64,000 nt of DNA from Eledone cirrhosa (taxonomy: Eukaryota): assembly GCA_964016885.1 (NCBI GenBank), contig OZ024741.1, forward strand, positions 293,818,001-293,882,000, written 5' to 3'. Made by a program: the position numbers and the translations under genes. Shown one piece after another: positions 12,935 to 27,505 of the stretch. Position 1 is the stretch's first letter. Each line of letters begins with the position of its first letter. The notes under the pieces are model-generated. The model was not told the DNA's origin, ran no database searches, and worked only from the letters and a program-made list of their open reading frames with translations.

Positions 12935-13130
12935 TGATATTCTGGTCCCAACTACTTTTGACTATATCATGTCAGCTAGATATTCTGGTCCTTATGATAT
13001 TCGACAATATCTTATCAGCCTTATATTTCCAACAATGTTTGACTATATCCTCTCAGCATCACAGGCCCCGATGATGTTTGATTATACCCTTGTCAGCCTC
13101 TCATGTCCCACTGATGTTTGACTATATCCC
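12935..13130. repeat. Degenerate ~38-bp tandem repeat (~5 units)
   Basis: Recurring ..TGTTTGACTATATC..TGTCAGC.. and TATTCTGGTCC. Confidence 0.6.
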
Positions 13131-13899
13131 ACTAGTCAAGTACTCCATTTTCAACATTGTTTAAATATATTCCATCAACCTCCTATTCTGTTTACTATTG
13201 TTACCCACACCATGTTTTACACAAATTAGCAATTGTTTTACATCATTGCTTTAGGCTTAGTAATTTCATAAAGTATTGTTGTTACTTTAGTCCAGTTTTT
13301 ACATTTATCAATATTTTTTCAGGTTTGATTGACAGATATTTTTTTTTGTGTGTGTATGTGATTTTCATGTGGGTGACCACTTACATGACTGGGGAGCAGG
13401 CTTCAAAAGATTTTTTTTTAAATTATCAACAAAAATGTTTGTTTTACTGAGTAAAAGAAAAATAGAATAATCTCAGGATTGGTAACAAATAGATTGCCGC
13501 TCGAATAAGAAGACTGCCACTTCAAGATGGATGTCAGATGTAAAGGAGTCCAGGGAGGTGCAGAGTTGTGCAATAACTGCATACATTGGTGTGTAATCCT
13601 GCAGAATATAAGATGGTAGTCGATGTGAGTAGTTCCGGAGTTTCACACCCATCATTGATTAAATTGGATGGGTGTAAATCTCTAGAAAATCTCACATTGG
13701 TTCTTCAACAGTCAACAATGAAAAACTCTGAATGACTCTAGTTTTCCAGCCAGTCTGTCACTCAGCCAGTCAGAAAAGACAAGTCAGACAAACTGACTGA
13801 CATTCAATATAGACTGTTTGGAACTGATGCAACAAGAAATTGTAAAATTGTGCCCCTTTCTCTATGCATGTGTTTATGTATGTATGTATGTTTTTACAT

Positions 13900-14422
<523 letters not shown>

Positions 14423-14869
14423 AAGATTATGATCATGGTTGTTCCATTGATGTTAAACACTCACTAACAAATTAAATATGTTTTCTGAATTTTATTTTAT
14501 ATATCATCATAAACATTTTACATTTATTTTTCCATGCTTGTGTGGGTCCATATCTCTTCAATCCAATGTAGAAACCTCTTTGTTGTCCCACGATCTACTA
14601 ACATAGCAGCTACGTACTTCTCTTTTAAACTATAATTTGTCTTAAAACATATAAAAAACACATTGGATAATCATCATCATTTTACGTCTAGTTTTCCACA
14701 CTTGCATTGGTTGGACAGTTCCTCCTCAGTACAGCATCTCTCTAATTGTCAAATTCCTTTGTCACCTCCTATGTGAGCTTCATCGATCTGAGATTAGCTC
14801 TCACCACTTCCATCCAGATCTTCCTCTAATGTGGTTTCCTTCCACTGGGGTTATGTGTCACTTGTTCAC

Positions 14870-15982
14870 CCAGCGATCAGGGAGCTACTACCACTGCTAG
14901 CTACAAAAGTCTTTTCCCTCAAAATGACAGGCAGACTGTATGATGTGAACATAGAAGCAATGTTGCATGGTAGTGAGACCTGGGCACTGTGTGCAAAAGA
15001 CTTGTGAAGATTAGAAAGAAATGAAACTTGGATGCTCTGAGGGATGGGTAATAGTAATATACATGAATGGCAAAGCATAAACAAACTGAGAGAGAAACTA
15101 GGCATAAGAGAAATCAGATGCAGTGTTCAGGAGAGGAGAATGTGTTGGTATGGACTTGTGATGTATATGAAGGATCACCACTGTATAAAAATGTTCAGAG
15201 CACTGAAAGTTAATAGAAGCCTTGGAATGGGTAGACCCGGGAAGACTTGGGATGAGGTGATAAAAGCTAACCATGGCCAATTGCACCTCTTAAAGACAAT
15301 GACACAGGACCAATATCTCTGGTGTTATGTAATAATGCAAGGACGGTGGATTGGCAGTATCGGTAGAGGGTCGGACGCCATGCTTTTCAGCATAGTTACG
15401 TCCTTTTACGATCTGAGTTCAAATCCCGTCGAGGTTAACTTTGCCTTTCATCCTTACGGGGTCGATAAAATAAAGTACCAGTAATGCACTGGGTAATTGC
15501 TGGCCTTGTGCCTAAAGTAGAAACAGTTATGTAATAATGCAGAAGACCCTTCTTCCCATGAGCACAGGCTGAAACATATATCTAATGGGCATCCCCTCCA
15601 CCCTCACCTCTCTTCCATTTACCTCCCACGTCCAAACACTCAGCCCCACACTCACGCCCAAATACCTACCTCCCTAATCCCCCTCCACCCCTCCCACTGT
15701 AAAGTGGTTGTGATGGAAACGCGACAAATACGTTCAGCTCACACTGTAAAATGATCATGATTGTGACATGAAAATAAGCACCCAGAACTCACAGTAAATG
15801 TGGTTGGCATCAGGAAGGGCATCCAGCTGTAGAAACCAAGCCAAAATCAGTTCTGTATTAGCAAGACATTGTCACCTAACCTAACATTTCTCACAACAGG
15901 ACAACTCCTCTAATCCATGCTAGCATAGAAAAATGCACATTAAATGCACATTAAATGGTGATAATGATAATAATGATGGTGA
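14870..15982 (+). mobile_element. Decayed 5'-truncated RTE LINE (ORF 3' end + 3' UTR), interrupted by a SINE
   Basis: Translates to [23 protein letters not shown]...[13 protein letters not shown], homologous to 50371-50850. The 3' UTR contains GGAAGGGCATCCAGCTGTAGAAA and ends in a (GAT/AAT)n tail. An opposite-strand RTE tail remnant abuts at 14670-14870. Confidence 0.85.
15340..15525 (+). mobile_element. Deu/Nin-domain tRNA SINE with 16-bp target-site duplication
   Basis: B box GAGTTCAAATCC; GCCTTTCATCCTTACGGGGTCGATAAAATAAAGTACCAG (Deu/Nin-like); TSD GTTATGTAATAATGCA at 15324-15339 and 15526-15541. Confidence 0.88.
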
Positions 15983-16039
15983 TGATATATATATATTTAT
16001 ATTTACTACTGTCTTATACCATCTTGCCATCTTCAAATG

Positions 16040-16070
<31 letters not shown>

Positions 16071-17234
16071 CATTCTGCTTTTACAGAACAATGAAATTGA
16101 GATGTTTTTATTTCAGGTTTTCATTTTATATATATATATATATATATACACATTAAAAAGCAGTATTATCAGATTATCAATTTCCAAATGGGCTTTTTCT
16201 CAATTGTGATTTGGTTGGGGTTTTATGAAGAAAATAGGGTTTTGTTTGAGTTGGTTGCTTGGTGAAATGTATCACTTAGACCACCTTACTCCACTCCACT
16301 GTAACTCACTTGACTCCCTTTCCCTCTCCCTCTCCCTCTCCCTTTTTTACTCATTGCAACAAAACTAGGGCAAGTGTGAGTGTGAGATGTGGGTGTTACT
16401 TTAGAAAGGACAAAAAGAGGGAATATAATAGATAATAAACTGAATAAAAAGGGAGAAGAAAAAATCTACAATCTCAGATTAAATGAATGAATTACTGTGA
16501 AGTATCAGGGTGGTAAAGGTTGGGGTAATGGTTAGGTGAGAAAAGAAATTAGATTGTAAGTTATAAGATATTTGGAATTGCTTTAGGATGAGGAAGAGGG
16601 AGGAAAAATACCACCCATCCCTCTTACCCCTCAGGCGCTCTAGGACATCTTTTTCCCCATGCACACAGAAAACATTGCCTGGTTATTTACAGGTGGAAAA
16701 TTCTCATTATTTTGAAGTTTCTGGGAGATAGATATGTAGAGAGATAAACAGCTAGCTAGCTAGATAGATAGATAGATGGATGGATAGAGAAACTAAGAAT
16801 TAGCAAGTAATACTGAAAGAAAGAGCTAGAGAGAGGGATGGAAGATGGAAAGACATTTGAGAGTGGAGAAAGAGAAAATGGATAGGGTAACATAAAAGAT
16901 AGATTTACAGATTGAGACAGAAAGTGTGGTGGCTGTAAAAATTCTATGGCATTCTTAAATACATTGAAATAAAACAACACACCCATGTACACATGCAGTC
17001 ACACATCAATGCACACAAACACACGCACGCACACGCACACACACATATACATATATATATATACACACACACGCACACACATATATATATACACACACAC
17101 ACATAAAGAAAGAGACATAGGTGTAAATGTATAATATATATATAATATTTCGTTAGAGACAAGAGAAAGCAATATCTGTTATTTAGAGAGGTAAGGAATA
17201 CTGCTTGTCTTTCTGTAAGTGTACATATACAAAT

Positions 17235-17321
<87 letters not shown>

Positions 17322-18041
17322 TATAATATATATATAATATATATATATTTATAATATATATATATATATTTGTATATATATATATATATACACAGACACG
17401 TGTGTGTGTGTGTTTGTATGCATATATTCAATCTACATTACAATGAATGTTAAATGTGTAAGAAGTCATGATGATTATGATGATAATGATGGCAGTGGTG
17501 GTTCTGGTTATTGTTATCATTGCAATTGTGATGGTGATGCTGGTGGTGGGTATTGTTATCATGGCAGTTGTGATGGTGGGAGTGTGATATAGTGAAATAT
17601 GTATTATATTGGAAAACATGCTTTGTTAGTTCTAAGAAGGAAGCAATTGCTATCAGTTAGATTCTATTGCATGGAAACGTTTAAGACACACATTTGATGA
17701 ATGATGATGTTGATGGTGCTTATCATGGTGGTGGTGGTGGTAGTTGTGGTAGTTGTGGTGGTATACTGATAGTTATAGTAATGGAGGTGGTGATGGTGTT
17801 AGTGGTGGTAGTTGTGGTGGTATAGTGATAGTTATAGTGGAGGTGGTGCTGATGGTACTGATGTTAAGGAGGGAAGTTACTATGAAGAAGCTATACTGCT
17901 ACTGATGGTGATTGGCTACAGCAATGATGATGATTATGAAGATAATGATGTCAATGTTTGTTAAAACTATGATGATAATGTTGGTAATGACATCCAACAA
18001 TTGCATAGACTCAAAACCAGTATTATATCTATATACACACA

Positions 18042-18114
<73 letters not shown>

Positions 18115-18239
18115 CCCTTGTCTCTAGAGACCAACTCTTTACTTCCCTTTCATTATTAAAGATGCTTTTACTACTAAAAGCCTCTTTTGTCACCTTGTTA
18201 GACACTTAGAACTGTCTTCAACTTATAATATTTACACAA

Positions 18240-18547
18240 ACAGTGTGCTGGTGGAAGAAAGTTGCATTATAAGTAGACTGAGAAAGACCTGGGCAGAGGT
18301 GGTGAGAGCTGACTTCAAATCACTGAGACTCACAGAGGTGCCAGGAGATTCCAATGGAAGGAAGCCACGGTAAAAGTAGACCAAGAAAGACCTGGACAGA
18401 GGTGATGAGAGCTGACCTCAAATCACTGAAACTCACAGAGAAGATGATGAAGAAACACAGCAAGTGGAGAGATGCTGTGCGGAGAAGGACCCATTCAACC
18501 CATTCAAGCATGGAAAAACAGAGATAAAAATGATTATGATGATGATG
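18240..18547 (+). mobile_element. Old RTE LINE 3' fragment with internal duplication
   Basis: AGAAAGACCTGG-CAGAGGTG-TGAGAGCTGAC-TCAAATCACTGA-ACTCACAGAG occurs twice (GRPRKTW-type region), followed by TGGAGAGATGCTGTG and (GAT)n. Confidence 0.7.
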
Positions 18548-18583
<36 letters not shown>

Positions 18584-18884
18584 GAGCGTTTGTGTGTCTG
18601 TGCACATATATTTATTGTATTGCTGAAATTATGCTCTGCTTTTACTCAGTTTTGCTAATGTTACAGATCAGATCGATTCAAATGTATACACACACACACA
18701 CTCATGCACACGCACGCATGCCCACACACAGGCGCACATACATGCTTGCATACTTAAACACACATATGGTGATGGTGACAGTGTTGATGATGGTGATAGT
18801 GGCAGTGATAGTGTTGGTTTTAATGACAGTGGTGATATTAATGATTGTGGTAATATTGATGATTACAATAATGGTTGTGCTGCT

Positions 18885-19052
18885 AAGAGAGTCGGACACC
18901 ATGCTTTGAAGCATAGAGTTACGTCCCTTTATGATCTGAGTCAAATCCCGCCGAGGTTAACTTTGCCTTTCATCCTTATGGGGTCGATAAAATAAAGTAT
19001 CAGTAATGCACTGGGATAATTGCTGGCCTTGTTCCAAAAGTAGAAACAATTA
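18885..19052 (+). mobile_element. Deu/Nin-domain SINE copy (5'-truncated)
   Basis: Close match to 15340-15525 and 49019-49196. Confidence 0.85.
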
Positions 19053-19829
19053 ATGATAGAAATGGTAATAGTCACAAATATTAATGGTTTTAATGTCCAT
19101 GGTTATGACTAGCATGATACTGATGATCTGATTATTGATGATGATGCTCTCATTGTGGTAATGGAAGTTATGTTGTTGTTGTTGACAATAAAGGAATTAG
19201 TTAGAAAACCCATCACTGCGTGCCCAAATACTGTTTACTTTAGATATAACCACTGTTGACTGTCTAACCTTCTCTAGTCTTTGCACAGATTCTTCTAATT
19301 CCCTAACTCTACTAGGAGACAGTTAAGTTACTAACAAAATAACATTGCTAATCCTTTTTGCTACCGATCTACCTGACAAACTCTCAGATTCACAGAGATG
19401 AACTTTTTGTTTAAATTGTCCATTATTAAATAACAGCATTTCTATCATAACTTTGTGTAAGCCCATTTTATCAAATTATGTTCCAAATACTGGATTCAAT
19501 AATGGACAAATTTATTTTAATAAATCCTTTTAAATTTTGGATTATTTTTGAAATCATTGCATTTTTCTTTAATAATACAGTCATGAAAAGGTTTTAGTTG
19601 ATCCTTGCACAGGCTGAATGAAGAATGCAAGCTGAAAAAGTATTAGATACATTTTAGTGTAGCACAAGCACTACCTCTTTACTAAGTGGATTGGGTCTCT
19701 GTTATCATTGCACCAGTGCTACACACAAGAAGACGTTTATTATGGCACCAGTACTACCACTTACAAAGTATACTGGGTGCCTTTTATTGTGGTACCAACT
19801 TGTCCATAGCAAACATGGAGACAACGCAT

Positions 19830-20030
19830 CCTTAATAAACGATAAGGCAACATGTCTTTAATGTACAATAGGATATGTCTTTGTTCTAATAGGATACTAT
19901 GTCATTAATATATTATAGGCATGTATTTAATATACAATAGGATATGTCTTTAATATATACAACATGATATGTCCTTAATAAACAATAGGACATGTCCTTA
20001 ATAACCAATAGGACATGTTCATAATATAAA
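19830..20030. repeat. Degenerate ~21-bp tandem repeat (TAATA-ACAATAGGA-ATGTC)
   Basis: About 8 visible units of AATATACAATAGGATATGTCT-like sequence. Confidence 0.7.
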
Positions 20031-20779
20031 ATGTATCAGGCTACAAAGAAGAGAGCAATCAAGGCTGTGTCCACCAAGAATTCAAAATACTCATACATAC
20101 ATATGTCATCATCATCATTTTGTAATTTGGTTAATTTTCTTGTCAACAACACATTATATAGATTTAAAATTTGGCATTAAACAGTGTTGGCATCATTCAT
20201 CGTAACTTTTCAAAGACATTAAGTATTTCTTTGGATTATTATTGAAACTAAATTCTTACCATTTGCTCTCTACTTTCAGAGAACATGAGAAAATTATGAT
20301 TAAATGAAATATTGCAACTAATAAATCTCTTTTTATATAGTGTAACATATAATATATAAGATTTTTTATTGTCTAGAAAGGATGATGAGAATGCAGCATA
20401 GTATTGGTGGATAAAATTTAGTACTGAATTTATTGGTTTGGTATATTGAAAATGAAGAGAGTCAACTGTTTGACTATCTCTTTATGAAACTGCGAGACGA
20501 ATTGACCTCAATATCAAATTCTGATTATCAATTACCTAACGAAACAAATTCTTTGGATGTGAAGATGTCGAATCGTTAGTGTCGTTAGCATCATAGAAAT
20601 TGGTGGAGAAGGTGTGAATGTGTGTTAATGTAGCATAGAAACTGGTGGTGAAGGTGTGGAAATATGAAACCATCTAAGAGAGAAAACTGAGAAAGTAGAA
20701 CTCAGTCAAGATTAAAATTGATGGTCTATATATAGTTTACCAATTTGTGTGTGTGTGTGTTTGTGTAATGTAAGGGTAG

Positions 20780-20874
<95 letters not shown>

Positions 20875-22030
20875 TATATGTATATATACATATGTATATC
20901 TGTTTGTATGTATGTGTATATATATATGTGTGTATGTATATATGTTTGTGTATATATATGTATGTGTGATCATGTTTCTGCTCAAACAGGATTGAACTGG
21001 AGTTAAGCAAAAGTCACAATAAAGAAGAAATGCAAGTAAAACCAGACCATATTAGTATTTTATCAGAAAATTCATGAAATGACAGGTTGATTATTTTGAT
21101 AAAGATAGAAAATATAGAGTAAAAATAACACTGTGTGATGTTCATTCTTTACCCTGTCAACACTTGAAGTTAAATATTATCCAAAGCAAGGAGAAAAGGG
21201 GAACTTTTAATTTTAAGAGCAAAATAACTTGTGTGGCTGCATCATCACCATCATTTGATATCCATTTTTCCATGCTGGCATGGGTTGGAGAGGTAATCAC
21301 AAACCAAATCAGAACTTAATTGGAGTTTCTTTCCTCCCAGACACACTATGGAGGACATCTTACTTATTTACATTCTGGTTCTGGCATGGTCTCATCTGTG
21401 CTGAAAAAAATATTGAATCATTAATTAACCAAACTCATATGTGTATTTTACACATACACAATATAAACTTCAACATACATACACACATTAAAATTTAATC
21501 ATGCTCTCACACATACAAATCCACACATCTCACGGACATATGCTAACACTGCCAGATACTTTACACATGCACAAAATAACAGTACACACATTCAAACTTA
21601 TATTCACTCACACATACAAGTCCACTACCACATACTACACGGATATACACATAACACACACTAACGTTGATACTTTACACAATGTACCTTAAAAAACACG
21701 TTTAAACATACAACGACAGTAATACACACATACATCACTTTGCGTTCCAACTCGTTACCAAGTCTCCTTAATGGTTTGTCTTGTTTACTCTCCTTATTTT
21801 TGGTTCTTTTTACTTTACTTGGACTACCTTTTATTTTCTGTATCTATCCTTTGTCATCCTGTCTCTATGATTGTACTCCTGAAGAATGGCTAAAGCCCAA
21901 CACATCAAACTTTCTTTCCCTTTTCCAAATAAAGCATGAAACTAATAAGGCTTTTTGTACCTCTGTTTGTTGTTTCCTTGAATGTATGTATGTATGTGTG
22001 TGTTTGTGATAGGATATGAGTGTGTAAATA

Positions 22031-22132
22031 TTTCATAAAGTTGTAGGGAACTCAAACACAGAAATCAACTACTATGATGATCATAGCAGCCAGCTCTATT
22101 TCTGTGTTCGAGTTCACTATAATTTTATGAAA
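22031..22132. repeat. Short fold-back palindrome (35-bp outer arms)
   Basis: TTTCATAAAGTTGTAGGGAACTCAAACACAGAAAT (22031-22065) pairs with ATTTCTGTGTTCGAGTTCACTATAATTTTATGAAA (22098-22132), 4 mismatches; inner hairpin CTACTATGAT-G-ATCATAGCAG. Confidence 0.8.
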
Positions 22133-22142
22133 TTTATATATG

Positions 22143-22187
<45 letters not shown>

Positions 22188-22764
22188 ATATCATCATCAT
22201 TTATCCAAGGAGAGAAGAGAAGTACACATTATATATTTCAGAGCCTTCCAAGGAAGGTTGAAAAATTAAGTCTATTGATTAAGTAGGTCACAATGGAATT
22301 TGAATTCAGAAAACACAAAGAGTTGGAACAAATACTGCAAGGCATTCTGTTTTATTCTCTAACAATTCTGCTAAACTACTGCCATAGACCGGAACTTTAT
22401 ATCATCAATTCCCAAAAGATGAAAAACAAAGTTGAAATCAACAGCAGGTAGAGAGGTTTCTCACATCTGTCCTAAATCTGTATGAAAATTTATGACTTTG
22501 TGTGACATCAGAAATATAGCCAAGACAGAAATATATCCTTCAGACTTGGATGGGTTAAGCTTGAACATAAATTTAATGGTCCATTGATTAACTACCTCTT
22601 TTCTATAGCTTAACTGAAGCTGATCTCTAGCAACAACATCGATACCAAGAACAAGAACTACAACAACAAGATTTAAGCAAATGTCCACCTACGGCAGGGT
22701 TCCTCGGATGCAATACAATATACCACTATATCACATTGACAGTGATGTATCTGATAACATCGGA

Positions 22765-22884
<120 letters not shown>

Positions 22885-23849
22885 ATTTTATGAACAGCTT
22901 TCAAATTATTATAACCCACAGACTGTTTCAATCGTTTGTCATTGCTGTTATTAATTGTTTCGATATTATTATAATCATCATCATCATGTAGTGAGATTAC
23001 AAGATATAATGGTTAAAAACACATCCATTCAAAAAGTTACCTTTTTGTTCTCTTTTGTTTGTCAAGCAAAATTCAGAAATAATTATATATTGAGATATAC
23101 ACATCATAGATGATGGTGATGATGATGATGGTAGTGGCATCAATAATGACAAAGTCTATTCAATGGTGTCCACATGGGCACATATGAAGTTAGAATATAT
23201 CTTCTGTATGTGTGTGTAGATATAGATGAACATAGGAATGGGAAAAAGTTCTTGACACAGTCACAAGGTCTGTTATAGGTTCAACTTCAATGCATCATAT
23301 CATATGTATGTGTCTATTGTAACATTACCTCAAGTCAACAAGAGACTTTGGGAGTGAAACTGGCTACATGGAAAATGTGAAAGCTCACCAACTGAACTCT
23401 ACCTGTAATCTATAGGGTCATTTTTGTCTTACACTGTGCTATACTGACTCTTCCTGAGGGTTACATTAATCATACATTATATATATATAATCTTTACGCA
23501 AAGTTGTATATCTGTCGACATACAGTATGTTTATGAATAAACATTTTGAAAGCCTTCCGATATGAATTTGAAAACTGTCAGCATAGTGCCATCTAGTGTG
23601 TTCCTACAGCAGTGATGATGGTGTCATCATTTCTGACTTTTGTCGATATCAAGCTGGTACTGCCAAACGCTTACCAGAACATAGAGCTGGAATGAATAAC
23701 ATAAAGCATTCTATCCAATGTTCTAACGCTCTGCCAGTTTGCCACATTTTATATATATGTGTGTTTATGTATGTGTATATATGTTTATGTATATATGTTT
23801 ATATATGTATATATGTTTATATGTGTTTATGTATATATGTTTATATATC

Positions 23850-25773
23850 AAGACGTCGCATCTCAGAGTTGCAACACTTAATGTTGGCACTCTCAGAGGT
23901 AGATCTGGTGAAATAGTGGAGATGCTGGAGAGAAGGCATGTGGATGTGTGCTGCGTGCAAGAGGTGAGATGTTGAGGTGCCTCTACGAAACTCGTCGCAG
24001 GCAAACATCTTAGCTATAAGCTTTTCTGGGTAGGTAAGGATGATGGGTTAGGGGGAATAGGCATTTTTCTGGCTGAAAGATGGATCAATAAGACAATAGA
24101 GGTAGTTCGAGTTAATAATCGAATAATTATGCTTAGATTAGTTGTAGGCAGGAAACTACTGACAATCATCTCTGCCTATGCTCCCTAAGCAGGCCTAGGC
24201 AAAGAAGAGAAAGACTGCTTTTACGAGCAACTTTTACAAACAGCCGCAATGACAGAGGACAGAGACATCGTTATGCTAGCAGGGGACTTTAATGGCCATG
24301 TTGGACAGCTCCAGGATGGTTACACTGGGGTACATGGTGGGCACAGTTATGGCTCAAGAAATGAAGAAGGAGTGAGATATCTTGAATTTTGTGATGCAAG
24401 TACACTGACTATTTACAACACTAACTTCCAGAAACCTGCCAACCACCTAATAACCTACAAATCAGGCGAGCACATAAGCCAGATTGACTTCTTACTAGTT
24501 AGGCAACGGGACAGGCAGATGATACCAAGGCATACCCTGGGGAAGAATGTACCCCACAGCATAGGTTAGTCGTTAGTGATATCTCAGTAAGCAAGAGATG
24601 GAATGAGAGATAAAGGAAGGTGTGGAGAAGAAAGGTCTGGAAGCTAAAAAACCTTTCACTAAAATACAAATTTAGGAAAGCCCTTCAAGATGTGTATGAC
24701 GAAAAAGAAGACGATTTAGTCGTATGACATAGATAATAACTGGAATTTCTTACGTGACAACTTACTGAAGTCTACTGATGAAACTGGAGCAGAGCTCCAA
24801 CAAGACAGGGAGTGACCTGGTGGTGGAACAGCACAGTAGATAGGGCCATTAGAGACAAAAGACTAGCATGGAAGGCTTGGAAAAAGGGTTGGAGTAGAGA
24901 AGGATATACAGCCGCTAAGAGAGAAGGATATACAGCCGCTGAGAGTGGGAGATTTGCCAATGTTCTGCGACAGGAAGATGAGAGGCATGCAGTGTTCCAC
25001 ATTGCAAATCAGGATGTTGTTGGAGATAAATGTGTCCGGAATGATGCCGGTGTACTTAGTGTCACAAATGATCAGAAAAAGGAGGCCTGGAAATGTCATT
25101 ATGAGAGACTGATGAATGTGGAGAATGAATAGGAGAGAGAGAGAAATTACCCTCAATAGATCCGACAGAGGGACCAGCTATTGAGATTGAGGAATATAGG
25201 GTCCAAGAGACGATTAAGGAAATGAAAAATGGTATGGCTGCTTGACCGTCGGGGATAGTTGCTGAGATGCTGAAGACATCAGGGGACGTAGGCACTAAAC
25301 TGGTGCATGCATCATCAATCAGGCTATATATGGTGGTGTCATACCCAAAGACTGGTGCAGCAGTATTCTCATAAATTGCTACAAAGGTAAAGGGGATGCT
25401 TTGGAGAGGAGTAATTATAGGGGTGTAAAAACTGATGGATCAGGTTATGAAAGTGGCAGAAAGGATTTTAGCACAACTAATTAGAGAAAGGGTCAAACTA
25501 GATGAGATGCAGTTTGTTTTTGTGCCTGGGAAAAGTACAACAGATGCCCTCTTCTTGGTGAGACAATTACAAGAGAGGTTCTTAGAGAAGAATAAGCCAC
25601 TATACTTAGCCTTTGTTGACCTAGAGAAGGCCTTTGATAGCGTAACCTGATCTGTCATCTGGTGGGAACAGACATCAGATAGCTGAAGCTCACGGTGGAG
25701 AGATGCTGTGCTGAATAAGACCCATCCAACCCTTGCAAGCAGGGAAAAGCGGACGTAAAATGATGACGATGAT
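23850..25773 (+). pseudogene. Internally deleted RTE LINE: APE endonuclease + RT N-terminus joined to a 3' tail
   Basis: LRVATLNVGTL...VCCVQE, AGDFNGHVG, SQIDF (APE motifs), then DEMQF.FVPGKSTTDA...AFVDLEKAFD (RT). Stops and frameshifts present. Jumps at ~25665 to an RTE 3' tail ending in (GAT)n. Confidence 0.92.
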
Positions 25774-25809
25774 GTTTATGTATATATATGTATGTATACA
25801 TATACGTAT

Positions 25810-25864
<55 letters not shown>

Positions 25865-25884
25865 TGTATGTATATATATTTATG

Positions 25885-25917
<33 letters not shown>

Positions 25918-26027
25918 CTAAATGTATATATATATATGTATATATGTATATATATATATATATATGTATATTTATATATATATGTATATATATATATGTA
26001 TATATATATATGTATATATATATATAT

Positions 26028-26468
26028 AGAAGACCCGCCTATATATATGTGTATATATATATATATATACAGAAGACCAAAGTACAAAGCGAAACCTACA
26101 GTCAGTAGGCACCTCTAACAAAATACACCCCCGTCCCACTATCCCCACCCCATCCACACCACCCCCTTAAATGTGAAGTTATGTTGGTACCACAACATCC
26201 AGTCCGAAACAAATGAGTTTGTGTAGGTGAAACGACAAAAAAACACACAGTCCACGCTGTAATGTGGCCGTGTAGGTAACATGGTAAAAACCTACCAGTA
26301 CACACTGTAAACGTGGTTGGTGTTGGGAAGGGCATCCAGACGTAGAAAACCCGCCAGACAGTCGTATATGATCAAGACAACCAATCTTGCCTCAAGTGGG
26401 ACAATTCCCGTCCAGACCCATGCTAGCGTGGAAAATGGATGTTAAACGATGATGATGATGATGATGAT
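26028..26468 (+). mobile_element. RTE-type 3' UTR fragment (second tail family)
   Basis: Reverse-complement match to 51175-51590; GGAAGGGCATCCAG; CCCATGCTAGCGTGGAAAATGGATGTTAAAC(GAT)n. Confidence 0.75.
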
Positions 26469-26529
26469 ATATATATGTATATATATATATGTATATATAT
26501 ATGTATATATATATGTATATATACATATG

Positions 26530-26560
<31 letters not shown>

Positions 26561-26620
26561 CTATATATATATGTATATATGTATATATATATATGTGTAT
26601 ATGTATATATATTTATATAT

Positions 26621-26670
<50 letters not shown>

Positions 26671-26687
26671 GTATATATATATATATG

Positions 26688-26743
<56 letters not shown>

Positions 26744-26773
26744 GATGATCTCCTTATATATATATGTGTGTGC

Positions 26774-26928
<155 letters not shown>

Positions 26929-27309
26929 TGCACTAACATAGGAAGCAATATGAATGGGTGATAATAAGGTAAATACTCCCATCTATCCAGCTACACCCAC
27001 CTGATGATGCACTAATGACAATATAATGATGATCTCCTTAAACTAAACTGATGATTATGATAATGATGATTATAGTGATCATGTAGAGGAGGATAATGAT
27101 GCTGGTGGTAGTAGTGGTGGGAATGATGATGATTCTTATTGAACCATCATATGTGGTGAATTGTCCATGAACCATTAATCTGTCAGCTTCGCACATTGAA
27201 ATATTATCTGTCCACTTCCGAAAGTTTCTTCTTCACATTTATTCATTTCTTATTGTTATTATTTATAATATTATTATTATAATTATTCTTATTATCATTA
27301 TTATTATTA

Positions 27310-27364
27310 TTATTGTTCTTTGAGTCTCAGTCATTGATGTTATTTAACTGGAAAGTTTGTTGAA

Positions 27365-27366
<2 letters not shown>
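27310..27366 (-). mobile_element. Second, diverged 3' terminus of the R4/Dong-like element
   Basis: TTGAGTCTCAGTCATTGATGTTATTTAACTGGAAAGT resembles TTGAATCTCAGTCATTGATGTTGGTTAACTGGAAAGT at 27434-27470; both sit within (ATT)n. Confidence 0.8.
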
Positions 27367-27419
<53 letters not shown>

Positions 27420-27505
27420 GTTATTGTTATTCCTTGAATCTCAGTCATTGATGTTGGTTAACTGGAAAGTCCGTTGGATTGAATATCAAGCCACTACCTG
27501 CAGCC

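Noticed and set aside
20420-20579. Possible host exon (..ENEESQLFDYLFMKLRDEL..)
   Set aside because: Short open stretch with a weak acceptor and no recognisable homology; similar candidates at 13470-13690 and 34550-34655 are also unsupported.
23587-23600. CTCF-like motif GTGCCATCTAGTGT
   Set aside because: Single imperfect match; expected by chance in 64 kb.
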